Shown piece by piece: positions 1 to 9,013 of a stretch of 64,000 bases of DNA. This DNA is from an uncultured virus (IMG/VR IMGVR_UViG_3300024258_000017) (lineage: Duplodnaviria > Heunggongvirae > Uroviricota > Caudoviricetes). Positions within the stretch are counted from its first letter, which is position 1, and the number at the start of each line of letters is the position of its first letter. The notes under the pieces are model-generated. The model saw only the letters and a list, made by a program, of their open reading frames with translations, was not told the DNA's origin and made no database searches. The translations under genes were made by a program, and so were the position numbers. Where the stretch lies: IMG/VR virus record IMGVR_UViG_3300024258_000017; one strand, given 5' to 3'.

Positions 1-131
1 GTTACAGGCAAGATCAGGATCACACCGCCACCGCCTGTTTTTTCGGTAGGCAATCAGGTAGTTCTCCGGCATTTGCCGAATTGTATCTGAATAAGGTGCA
101 TGAATCAATTTGGTTTTCATAATATACCCGT

Positions 132-287
132 TTAATACCCGAGCCAGTTCAGAACGTCTTGTCCTGTGTACTCGGTTTTATTACCTGTGTCATCAAAAAA
201 ATCTTTTGGATCAGACCCGTGCGCTTTGATTTCACGCTCTATTTCTGATCTTGTTGGTGTATATTCACATGCATCATCATAATCCAT
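132..287 (-). CDS. small hypothetical protein (51 aa, MDYDDACEY...VLNWLGY), not in ORF track
   Basis: Hand translation; GGAG upstream on the minus strand. Confidence 0.6.
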   Translation of the reverse strand: MDYDDACEYTPTRSEIEREIKAHGSDPKDFFDDTGNKTEYTGQDVLNWLGY

Positions 288-435
288 CAGCAATTAACTC
301 CAATCACCACAAAGGCAATAATCAGAACTAACATAAGGACGAATTTAACTAAATCCGGCGTTTTCCCCGTAGAAACTGGGAATTTTTTGGATTTCCGTTC
401 ATGTGTTATTTGATAAGAGTAAACAGAATAAAACA

Positions 436-819
436 TCATGACGCAACCGCCAGAGCCTTATTCCACTCGGAGGATTTCACGCTCCCCATCAGCCATGAAA
501 ATTTCCCATGTCTGTTTATGTGGATGTTTGCATAATTTGACCCGATTGTATTACTAATCAGGGTCTTTATGGCGATCCGTTCAAGTTGATTTTGTACCGC
601 ATTATTTAAATTAAAAACCTGTTTATACAGCTTTTTGACTTTCATAAGTTTTTTCGGTACGGCATCAGCAAAAACCACTTTGAAGTGGTAACTGTTGGCA
701 AAGTCCTTATTACTATTTTGGATTTTAGCGACCCAACCCCTACGGGTTTTTGATCTATCCACTATCAATAATGCCGGAATTTTACCGTTCAGATTTATTA
801 CGAATTCTTTCGAGTTCAT
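436..819 (-). CDS. hypothetical basic protein
   Basis: 127-aa ORF with GAGAGG RBS just upstream. Confidence 0.6.
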   Translation of the reverse strand: MNSKEFVINLNGKIPALLIVDRSKTRRGWVAKIQNSNKDFANSYHFKVVFADAVPKKLMKVKKLYKQVFNLNNAVQNQLERIAIKTLISNTIGSNYANIHINRHGKFSWLMGSVKSSEWNKALAVAS

Positions 820-907
820 AAATACCTCTCATTTTATTCGGAAAATTTCGTTCTGCCGTTCACTAATATTTAATTAATAAAAAAAATAAAAAAAAACGGC
901 TTTCATC

Positions 908-952
908 AAAAAAAGCCCGACTGAAATATCCTAAGATAAATCAATCGGGCTT
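908..952 (-). terminator. intrinsic terminator
   Basis: Minus strand AAGCCCGAUUGA...UCAGUCGGGCUUUUUUU: stem with one G-U pair, then U7. Confidence 0.75.
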
Positions 953-1562
953 AAAAGATGCCTTTGGTAATATCGGAAAGTTCAGGTTATTCACTGAATA
1001 TTTACAGGACTTTGTAAATACCGATAAAATCAATTTCCAAACCGACACCCCAACCATAATTCGTTCAACCGGACGGAGTTCACTGAATGTTCAGGAAATA
1101 AGTATTAGTTATTTATGTCTGAATTTTTCAGTTTACCGTTCAATGGTGAACAAAAAATTTGCTGTAATTAATCCAAATGGATTTATTTGGATGTCGATTT
1201 TAGAAAAAGCTACGATTAAAAAGACTTACCAGTTCTAATTAAACGGTTGTTTATGAATTACTTTCATTCCCATAAAACCCTATAGTTTTAAAACCGTTCA
1301 CAAGGTACTAACCCGAGGGACGTTCCACGCCGGATTTTTTAAGGAACAGTTCACCGTTATCAATTAAATGACTTTCAAAAAGAGGCGGAATTTCCTCAAG
1401 AAGTGTTCATTCAGATTTAGAAACAAACCTATCTGCACCATTGTTCTTAGACCTACGTGGCAAGTTTGGTTATTGCAGGTCAGTATCCTTTTTACTTGGG
1501 AAAATTCTAAAACCCGTTCATCTACTCTAATCAGGGAAAATCTTGAGGTGTCGTTCACAGCT
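908..1562 (-). ncRNA. putative large structured ncRNA or leader RNA (~650 nt), class unknown
   Basis: No convincing ORF; many nested inverted repeats (1543-1553/1043-1053, 1541-1548/1394-1401, 1505-1516/1412-1422, 1292-1298/1242-1248, 1083-1131, 971-976/1021-1026); G-U pairs favour the minus strand; ends in terminator. Confidence 0.55.
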
Positions 1563-2100
1563 TAGATTTTACTCCCAATATTGCGGAATAGATTACCCAA
1601 TATATACCCAATATCCTATATTACATTCACATGTATATTAGCATATCGCTATATAGATGGTTCTACATTTTTCTTACAATTATCCCGTGAAAATGATTAA
1701 TACGGAATTCATAAAGATAGGTATATATATAATAAATTATATATATACTATTCTCAATTATATAGGTTGAATTTTACCATAATTGATATTATTCAAAACT
1801 TAAAGATATATCAAATTTTAAACTTTCAAATTTTAATATTCAAAAAATGAATAAAAAAAAATGATCATTTAAAACTTAATTAATTTCAAGTCTCACTTAC
1901 ATTATATGGACAAACCGGCATTCTGTAACAAATTATTTTTATTTATTTGAAAATAGTCATAATTGATCAATTTTCCCTATATACCTATATATACAGTCAA
2001 TTTTTAGTGTTTTGATATTGTTTAGACTCTCAGAAAAGCTATATATTTCAGCACTCCGACAAGCGGAGATAAACAATAAACTAATAAAAGGAATAAAAAC

Positions 2101-3075
2101 ATGCATTTAAACGAAAATCAACTAAATCAAACTACCGGCATTAATTACAGTAGCGTAATAAATGATAGTGAATTCAAAGCGGGTAACCTCGGCAATTTGG
2201 ATAAATTAATTGAAGAAAATTCAAAATTGCCAAGTGTAAAAAGTACCGGCAAAAAAGTAAAAAAACATATTAAACTTAAATATGTAGAACCAGAATTAAA
2301 TGAACTCAAAAAAATATTTGATAATTTGGTAACTCCAAATAATGATATAAACATCATAAATAATGAACTTGGAACCAGAGTTTTAAATTCAGTTGGAAAT
2401 TCAAAAGGCAAAAAGAAAATAGTTGTAAACAACGGCGGTAAATTTCCATTGAAAAATAAATATACTGTGAACCCTGAATTAATCGAACTGGATAAACTTG
2501 AGACTCCAAACGTAATAAGAGAGATTGAAATATTAGAGGGCTTTTTTAAATGGTATATTTACAGATATAGAACCACTCATTATTTTCAAGACGATTTATT
2601 ACAAGATATGAAGTTATCTTATATCGAATCAAGAATGAAGGGCGAATGTATTAATTATTCAAAAGAGAAAGCCCTCTTTCAGAGTTTTGATATTTGGATG
2701 CAATACACAAATAAAAAATTCAGCCGTAAACGGGTAAACGGTAAACGTGAAAATAAATTACTTGAATATGATGTAAGAAATTTTGACACTGTTTACACTG
2801 GAACCCCTGAATTATTAGAATCAGCTATGAAATTAAACACAACTGAAACAAACGATTTTAACAGTGCTAAATTTTTGATCAATTTTTATAGATTAATCTT
2901 AAAAAGTTGTAAGGATACAATCGATAAAAAGATTATAAAACTATCGTTATCCGGCAATAGTCATTCCCAAATTGCGAACGAATTACAAATACATCGTCCA
3001 ACTGAGTCAAGACGCTTTAAGGCAATTTTAGAACGTTTCCACGAATTAAATAATATTAATCAGAAAGTGAATTAA
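2101..3075 (+). CDS. sigma70/ECF-like transcription factor with C-terminal HTH
   Basis: Region-2-like DDLLQD; region-4-like LSLSGNSHSQIANELQIHRPTESRR; AAGGA RBS. Confidence 0.55.
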   Translation: MHLNENQLNQTTGINYSSVINDSEFKAGNLGNLDKLIEENSKLPSVKSTGKKVKKHIKLKYVEPELNELKKIFDNLVTPNNDINIINNELGTRVLNSVGNSKGKKKIVVNNGGKFPLKNKYTVNPELIELDKLETPNVIREIEILEGFFKWYIYRYRTTHYFQDDLLQDMKLSYIESRMKGECINYSKEKALFQSFDIWMQYTNKKFSRKRVNGKRENKLLEYDVRNFDTVYTGTPELLESAMKLNTTETNDFNSAKFLINFYRLILKSCKDTIDKKIIKLSLSGNSHSQIANELQIHRPTESRRFKAILERFHELNNINQKVN

Positions 3076-3077
3076 TA

Positions 3078-3293
3078 ATGTATAGAACGAATAATACTCA
3101 TATTGTTTTTATTCCAGTAAAAATAATTAATTCACGGCGTATTTGTAAGGATATAGAAAACCAACTATTAAAAGATATTAAATCACAGTTGGACCCATTG
3201 AAGGGAATAATAATAATATCAATTAGTAAATTCGAAAATTTAACTACTGATATTAATGTATCTGATTATTATATGAGTTATATCTCTAAATAA
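3078..3293 (+). CDS. hypothetical protein
   Basis: Abuts upstream stop; followed by terminator. Confidence 0.45.
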   Translation: MYRTNNTHIVFIPVKIINSRRICKDIENQLLKDIKSQLDPLKGIIIISISKFENLTTDINVSDYYMSYISK

Positions 3294-3313
3294 TACTATA
3301 TAATCAGAAAGCT

Positions 3314-3343
3314 AAAAAGGGAGTTTAAACGCTCCCTTTTTTT
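3314..3343 (+). terminator. intrinsic terminator (possibly bidirectional)
   Basis: AAAAAGGGAGT-ttaaac-GCTCCCTTTTTTT. Confidence 0.85.
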
Positions 3344-4577
3344 ATACTCAAAATATATTATACATATAGAATAATTATATATAACTTTGTATCCATTCGA
3401 GCGGACATTTTACCGACGGTATTATCATTATTATCATTAATTCGATACAATACACTACATTGTAACTTCATAGCGTATTTGGTGCAATATTGGACGTAAT
3501 AAGCATAATTAAACATATTAGTACATATTAGAATAATACGGGGTGATATACGGGTGATATATCCCGCTCTCAGTAGGTTAAAAATTCCGGCGGGTTTTCT
3601 GGATGCATAGCAATTTATTAACGTCTCAAAGATTGAATTCTGATATAATTCTGCATACATCCAATCAATAAAACCCCAATAAGACACAGTAACAATCTTA
3701 TATCCTTTCCAGAGCGTAAACAGCTATTAAATAGAGTAAACAGTTTTAAATGATATTAAACACTTGTACCCCTCACATATTTTTTAAAATTTATTAATCA
3801 GAATTCACAATAATTTTAAATTCTCTCAATAACTCAAAATAATATTTAATATTAAAATATATTCAAACTATTCTATATACTTTCATAAAATTTTTAATCC
3901 GATTTAGTCCGCTCTGCATGTTCACGGGGTAAAATATCAGCAATTATTCAATATTAGATATATAGCTTTTTTTATATATTCGCATAATATCGTATTATCA
4001 GAATAATTATTTAAATGATTGAATATATTAGAATTAATTGCCGTTCAAGACGGGGTAAATTTCCAAAATCGAAAAATTCGTTCTCATTTACTTTAGGAGG
4101 AACTGCGGATTATAATAAAGTCTAAAATATTTAAGGGGGTTGAAACTTTTATAAAGTATTGTGCGTGGAAGATCATACAGGGGATAATTTGGTTAAGAAT
4201 GGATATTGCAGAATATAATTTGGTATTGGGTATAAATAAAAAATGTCTCCCGAGGGTTGTTGCGTATAAATGTAGATGTCGGAGGTGTGTCTTCGGGGGA
4301 TCGAGGATTTACCGCCCGAAAATTTGGTGCGTGGTGGGGGTGCTGGAATTGGGGTGGTTTTGAATCGGAGGTTTTGGTCCTCAAAAGGTCAGAAAAAAAA
4401 TCTCCTGTAAAAATATGGGTTTAGTAAATGTCGCCCACGGAAGAGTACCGCCGGGTTTGGTGCGTATTAATACCGGTGACTCTTATTTAAACGTGGTAAG
4501 GTATAGTAGGCTATGGTATTATATGTTAGGATAGGTAGGTTGAGCGTCGTAATATATAGCGTCGCACAGGAAACACT

Positions 4578-4787
4578 ATGAATAAAAAACAATATTATAC
4601 GCTCACTGATGTCGCCCTTAATCTGGGTGTACACAACAATACCGCCAGAAAACTTATTACCTCGGGTGAAATTAAATCCTACAAAATTGCGGGTAGATAC
4701 AGGATCGATGCAAAAGACCTCGCCGAATACCTGAAGAACTGCAGAGTTGAAAAATCTACCGTGCTTGGTGTGGAGGTGCCGGAATGA
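4578..4787 (+). CDS. excisionase-family HTH DNA-binding protein
   Basis: YYTLTDVALNLGVHNNTARKLITSGEIKSYKIAGRYRI (HTH_17 pattern). Confidence 0.85.
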   Translation: MNKKQYYTLTDVALNLGVHNNTARKLITSGEIKSYKIAGRYRIDAKDLAEYLKNCRVEKSTVLGVEVPE

Positions 4788-4953
4788 TTAAACTCAGATT
4801 AATGGCTGGTAAATATTATAATCCAAGCGAGGATGATCTTTTATTAACACCCGCCATTGTGTATGCCACGGCAAAATATAACGACAGGGACGCAAAGGCA
4901 ATAGGAATTACGTGGATTCATTGGACCTTTGGGATAGCTTGGATTAGAGGTAA

Positions 4954-5295
4954 ATGATGGAACATGGATACAAAGGACTCACCGAAGATGGTCGATGGGC
5001 GTATGGTGGTTTAGTCGATGGTATTTATATTGTCAGTGGATTAACCGATTTAGGTAATTATTATATGTGTTGCCCAGATCAAGTCCGCCCAGAAACGGTT
5101 GGGAGATGGACAGGTCACAAGGATTGGTACATAGGTGATTATCTTGGTGTAGTTGGTGGATCGAAAAGGAAGTATGAAATTGTATGGGATCAAGAGCGTT
5201 TTTCTATTATGGCAAAGTGCCTCACTTATAATTCTGTGAACAATATTAGAAACACAAAGAATTTAGAAAGGATTGGTAACAAGTGGGAGAAGTAA
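4954..5295 (+). CDS. YopX-family phage protein
   Basis: W-x-YGGL, VRPETVGRWTG, C-terminal ERIGNKWE. Confidence 0.75.
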   Translation: MMEHGYKGLTEDGRWAYGGLVDGIYIVSGLTDLGNYYMCCPDQVRPETVGRWTGHKDWYIGDYLGVVGGSKRKYEIVWDQERFSIMAKCLTYNSVNNIRNTKNLERIGNKWEK

Positions 5296-5404
5296 TAGTA
5301 AACGGAAAAGTATATCCTATGTGGAATCAATTCATTGAAAGAAAAAAGGAATGGATCGGTGGGATACTTGAAGACACTGAGTATGGTTCTGTGACTACCA
5401 CTAT

Positions 5405-6087
5405 CGGCAAAGTATATGAGTCGTGGCAGATAGAAAGCACCTACTTATCGGATAGTAAAAAAGTAAATAGATAAACAGAAATTAAGAATTAAACAACAAC
5501 CTGCCATTACTTATATACATTGTTATATGCTGTGGCGGATTTAAAAAACGAAATTATGACCAAAAACGGAAAACCAACAAAGCCAAATACAACTAAAAAG
5601 GCTACTGCTACTGACAAAGTGTTTACTAAAAACACAACAGCAAAATGGATTGTAGATTATTATAAACCACAAGGCTCGATATTAGAACCTGCTGCAGGGG
5701 AAAATGCTTTTTACGATTTATTTTATAATGAGAATAAATACAGATGTGAAATTGACGAAGGAACTGATTTCTTAAATTGGGATAAAAAAGTAGATTGGAT
5801 AATTACAAACCCACCTTATAGTATTTATGACCTATTTTTAGAAAAAGCATTTTCTATTGCTGATAATGTTGTGTTTTTTGTGCCGATAGCCAAAGCGTTT
5901 AAAAGTAATAAGGTACAGAATATGGTTATGGAATACGGTGGTTTAAAAGAGATTGTGTATATGGGCTGTGGCAGTAAACACGGTTTTGCTTTTGGTTCTC
6001 CTGTTGGTTGTTTGCATTATCAAAAAGGCTTTGTGGGTGATTGTAAAATAACTTATGTAATAGACGAATGGTAGCCATTGCATATAA
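5405..6087. mobile_element. integron-like gene cassette (attC-like hairpin plus MTase)
   Basis: GTTATATGC at 5522-5530 and GCATATAAC at 6080-6088; circularising the insert gives a long imperfect palindrome; insertion point reads G|AT on the minus strand. Confidence 0.7.
5556..6074 (+). CDS. N6-adenine DNA methyltransferase (small)
   Basis: ILEPAAGENAF (motif I) and IITNPPY (motif IV); ATG 5556 chosen as start. Confidence 0.85.
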   Translation: MTKNGKPTKPNTTKKATATDKVFTKNTTAKWIVDYYKPQGSILEPAAGENAFYDLFYNENKYRCEIDEGTDFLNWDKKVDWIITNPPYSIYDLFLEKAFSIADNVVFFVPIAKAFKSNKVQNMVMEYGGLKEIVYMGCGSKHGFAFGSPVGCLHYQKGFVGDCKITYVIDEW

Positions 6088-6278
6088 CACTGATATAACA
6101 TTATCAGAGAATGGTAAGGACTCTGCAATGTTTATGATTCATGTAAAGATTTTGAGTGTGGTTTTGATGTGCGTCATGGTGGGATCACTGGCGGAGATGA
6201 TGAAGGTTGGACGAACTTTAGTGGGTACGGTGGGCATACATTTAGAATGCAAAATAATAAATCTCAGGAGGATGGGGA

Positions 6279-6620
6279 ATGAATGACCGATTAACCATTC
6301 TGATTAAACAGTATGAAGACATTACCAATAAAAAAGCGGGGTATTATGGTGGAGAGGACGATCAATACATCTATTGTAGCCATTTTATTCTATGGGTTGA
6401 CGATAGGGCTGAGGATTGTTTAAGTCTGGCAAAGGGCTGTCTTAATGAATATGGTGGTGGCTATAGAGGGGATGCCAAGAAATTAATAATCTATCATCAT
6501 GGTATTCAGACAGTAATAAATGTCATCAAAGAGTTTCTTTCAAAAGGATTAAAAGATAATCTGCAGTTAAAAACATTAATGGCTATGGGAAAAGCCGAAG
6601 GGGAGAAAGATGAAAATTAA
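6279..6620 (+). CDS. hypothetical phage protein
   Basis: ORF in a tightly packed operon, GGAGG upstream. Confidence 0.65.
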   Translation: MNDRLTILIKQYEDITNKKAGYYGGEDDQYIYCSHFILWVDDRAEDCLSLAKGCLNEYGGGYRGDAKKLIIYHHGIQTVINVIKEFLSKGLKDNLQLKTLMAMGKAEGEKDEN

Positions 6621-6785
6621 AGTAACATACACGGATGGCATTGTCGTTAGGGCAAAAATTATAGAAGTTAATACTGTCTTTGATATAGCTGATCAATGCT
6701 CAACTCTCAGCATTTTTGATTCTGACTTTATCAAAGCAGAGAGAATCTTTGAGGCTGATCCTCATAACATAATGGATATGACCCA

Positions 6786-7004
6786 ATGAAAATTGAACAA
6801 ACACTTTGGTTTAATGAAATGAGTAGCACCAGACCAATTGGGATAGTAATCGGGTCTGATGAAGTTACGGGCGAGAAGAAAGCATTTATTGGTACTGGGG
6901 ATGGGATTAGTGCCTCTGGTGATGCCAAACACATTACCGAGTGGGGAACGAAATTAAAAAAGCACATGATTAAAGAAATATATAATCAGATGATTATTCC
7001 GTAG
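6786..7004 (+). CDS. hypothetical phage protein
   Basis: ORF in operon. Confidence 0.6.
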   Translation: MKIEQTLWFNEMSSTRPIGIVIGSDEVTGEKKAFIGTGDGISASGDAKHITEWGTKLKKHMIKEIYNQMIIP

Positions 7005-7075
7005 AATGAAACCGACAAACCATGTGGTTATCTGGCTGGGGTTGCGACCGGATGGGTGATTGCTCAAATTATTAG

Positions 7076-7459
7076 ATGGGGATTTTAATAATGATACTTG
7101 GTTTCAAACCGCAATTTGTAGAGAAAATACTTGATGGTACTAAAATCCATACCATTCGTCAAGATATACATGGTCGGTGGAAGGAAGGGAGGGGAATTCA
7201 GTTTGCGACCGGAGTAAGAACCCCTAATTATAAGTGTTTTAAAGTGGGTGTTTGCCAGAGTACACAAAAGATTTCGATTAGATATAGAGAGGGTGTTGAG
7301 TATCCTGATATTTATGTCGATGAAGAAAACCTTTGGAAAAGTAAAATGGTCGGAGCATTATCAAGGAATGATGGGTTCCCATATATACTAAAATTAATCC
7401 GGTGGTTTAATAAGGATTTCACCGGCAAGATAATCCACTGGACGGATTATAGGTATTGA
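7076..7459 (+). CDS. ASCH/PUA-like domain protein
   Basis: FKPQFVEKILDGTKIHTIR (GxKxxTxR motif); start may be 7091. Confidence 0.7.
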   Translation: MGILIMILGFKPQFVEKILDGTKIHTIRQDIHGRWKEGRGIQFATGVRTPNYKCFKVGVCQSTQKISIRYREGVEYPDIYVDEENLWKSKMVGALSRNDGFPYILKLIRWFNKDFTGKIIHWTDYRY

Positions 7460-7462
7460 ACA

Positions 7463-7672
7463 ATGTACATGGTTGTTAATCAGGGGTCGAATCAGTGGAC
7501 TGAGTGGAACGAGAAAATTGATATCGACAAATTATTAAACAAAGAGGGTGCGAGATTGTACAAATTAAAGGAAAAGGAATTATTTAGAATGTACCGAAAG
7601 GTTCCTAATTATAGGACGGTAATGAGTCAATTGCCAGTAATTTTTGTAGAAAGGAAAGAAGATGGAGTTTGA
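7463..7672 (+). CDS. hypothetical protein
   Basis: ORF in operon. Confidence 0.55.
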   Translation: MYMVVNQGSNQWTEWNEKIDIDKLLNKEGARLYKLKEKELFRMYRKVPNYRTVMSQLPVIFVERKEDGV

Positions 7673-7965
7673 AATCACCTACATGATAATGGGTCAACTA
7701 TACAAGAAAACAGTTGTTGTTAATTATCTGTGGGAATTAACGAGTCAAATTGAGTTATTACCTTTTAATGAGATTATCAGTATAGTCAGGGTTCCGGTAC
7801 AGGTCAATTAATGAGGATTAAATTTTACGGTCAACAGGGATCAAAGGTGGATTGCTTGCTTGGCTCTGTCAAAGATTGGACCGAAGTGTCTTTTTGGAGA
7901 TACATCTGGCTTATTTGTGGTGAATACTGCAGTAAAGTAGAATTAATTAAGGGAAGAGGTCTGAA

Positions 7966-8346
7966 ATGATTATTTCGAGTATGGAAAAATGGAATGCAAG
8001 TTACAGTCTGATTACCATTGGGGCAGACGAAATTACAAATGAAAACGGAGAAGAGATTTTAGATGGAAACGATAAACTTATGACGAAAAATTATAATGGG
8101 TGGCACATCATTATTTTTCCTACAAAAATAGAAATGAGAAAACAGAATAAAAGGTTCCACGAAAAAACAAAGGACAGTATTCGTATTGCTCTGGTGAAAT
8201 TAATAAACAGAATAGATATTATTGACAACCGGACTAAATTATCTCAGGCAGAGTTACAGGGTCTTGCGGGATCGCCATTACCTCAGTCAATATCGGCTGA
8301 TTTTGCTGAGAGAACTTATAAGTCATCTAATTACGAGAAAGGGTAA
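7966..8346 (+). CDS. hypothetical protein
   Basis: ORF with GAGG RBS. Confidence 0.6.
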   Translation: MIISSMEKWNASYSLITIGADEITNENGEEILDGNDKLMTKNYNGWHIIIFPTKIEMRKQNKRFHEKTKDSIRIALVKLINRIDIIDNRTKLSQAELQGLAGSPLPQSISADFAERTYKSSNYEKG

Positions 8347-8348
8347 TT

Positions 8349-8579
8349 ATGATAATGTGGAGAACTCACTTTGATCCTTATCCTGATCCACCTGACATTA
8401 ATCCTTTTTGCGGGACTCCCGTGGGAGATAATTCAGAAGTATCTACAGATTGGAAGCATGTTGATTGTAAGAAGTGTCTCAAGTTGAGAACAAAGGCAGA
8501 CAATTTTGTCAAAGAAACTGAAGCCCTTATTGTCAAGGATATGGGTGGCATGGTTGACTTTTTACACGAGGTATCATGA
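8349..8579 (+). CDS. small Cys-containing hypothetical protein
   Basis: FCG...VDCKKC. Confidence 0.6.
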   Translation: MIMWRTHFDPYPDPPDINPFCGTPVGDNSEVSTDWKHVDCKKCLKLRTKADNFVKETEALIVKDMGGMVDFLHEVS

Positions 8580-9013
8580 CTAACAAATTCAGTAGGAAAA
8601 CCAAGAGTAAAAATTGTTTCTGTTTTACCTGTGATAAGGCATTCCATTATCTCGGGATTGGCAGACATAGGGCTATGCATAGAAATAATAATGAAGAATG
8701 CAGAGTATCTTATCCAGATGGGTCCAGACAAGTTGAGAATTATGGTAAAACCCCGTCTGAGAAAGAAATACCAATGCTCAAATATGATGGTGATAGCACT
8801 TTTATAATACCCACCTCAAGCGATCTTCTCTCTATGGTTGCCGGAATTGTTAAAGTAGCACAGATACCAATAGAAGAGTTTACTTGTATATGGACACCAA
8901 ACAGGTCATACGGACATACTACCGGCTGTGGTAATAGTTGGTATCTTGGATACGGTAAATCGATTAAAGATATTAAATACTGTTGTCACTGTGGGAAGTT
9001 GGTGAAGGAATAA
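8576..9013 (+). CDS. zinc-finger-containing protein
   Basis: CFTC..H...H and C-terminal CCHCG; ATGA overlap. Confidence 0.6.
   Translation: MTNKFSRKTKSKNCFCFTCDKAFHYLGIGRHRAMHRNNNEECRVSYPDGSRQVENYGKTPSEKEIPMLKYDGDSTFIIPTSSDLLSMVAGIVKVAQIPIEEFTCIWTPNRSYGHTTGCGNSWYLGYGKSIKDIKYCCHCGKLVKE

Larger units (their letters stand above)
5283..6282 (+). pseudogene. phage gene split by a 683-bp cassette and also frameshifted near 6143
   Basis: Removing 5405-6087 rejoins ...GSVTTTI|TDITLSENGKDSAMF in frame; the alternate frame after ~6143 (KDFECGFDVRHGGITGG...) ends in an ATGA overlap with the next gene. Confidence 0.7.

Noticed and set aside
1040..1400. RNase P-like words on the minus strand (GAGGAAAUUCC, UGAAAGU, GUGGAACG, CGGUAAAC)
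   Set aside because: A proper P4 pseudoknot and P2 cannot be formed, and GAGG pairs locally with CCUC; not called without a covariance-model hit
787..1557. CRISPR array suggested by the repeats and a Cas4-like gene
   Set aside because: Repeats are only 5-7 nt with irregular spacing; stand-alone Cas4-like nucleases are common in phages
1364..1565. Short ORFs on both strands inside the structured region
   Set aside because: No RBS or protein-like features; better explained as non-coding
3358..4384. Minus-strand ORFs 3358-3687 and 4193-4384
   Set aside because: Non-ATG starts, biased composition and no RBS; probably spurious
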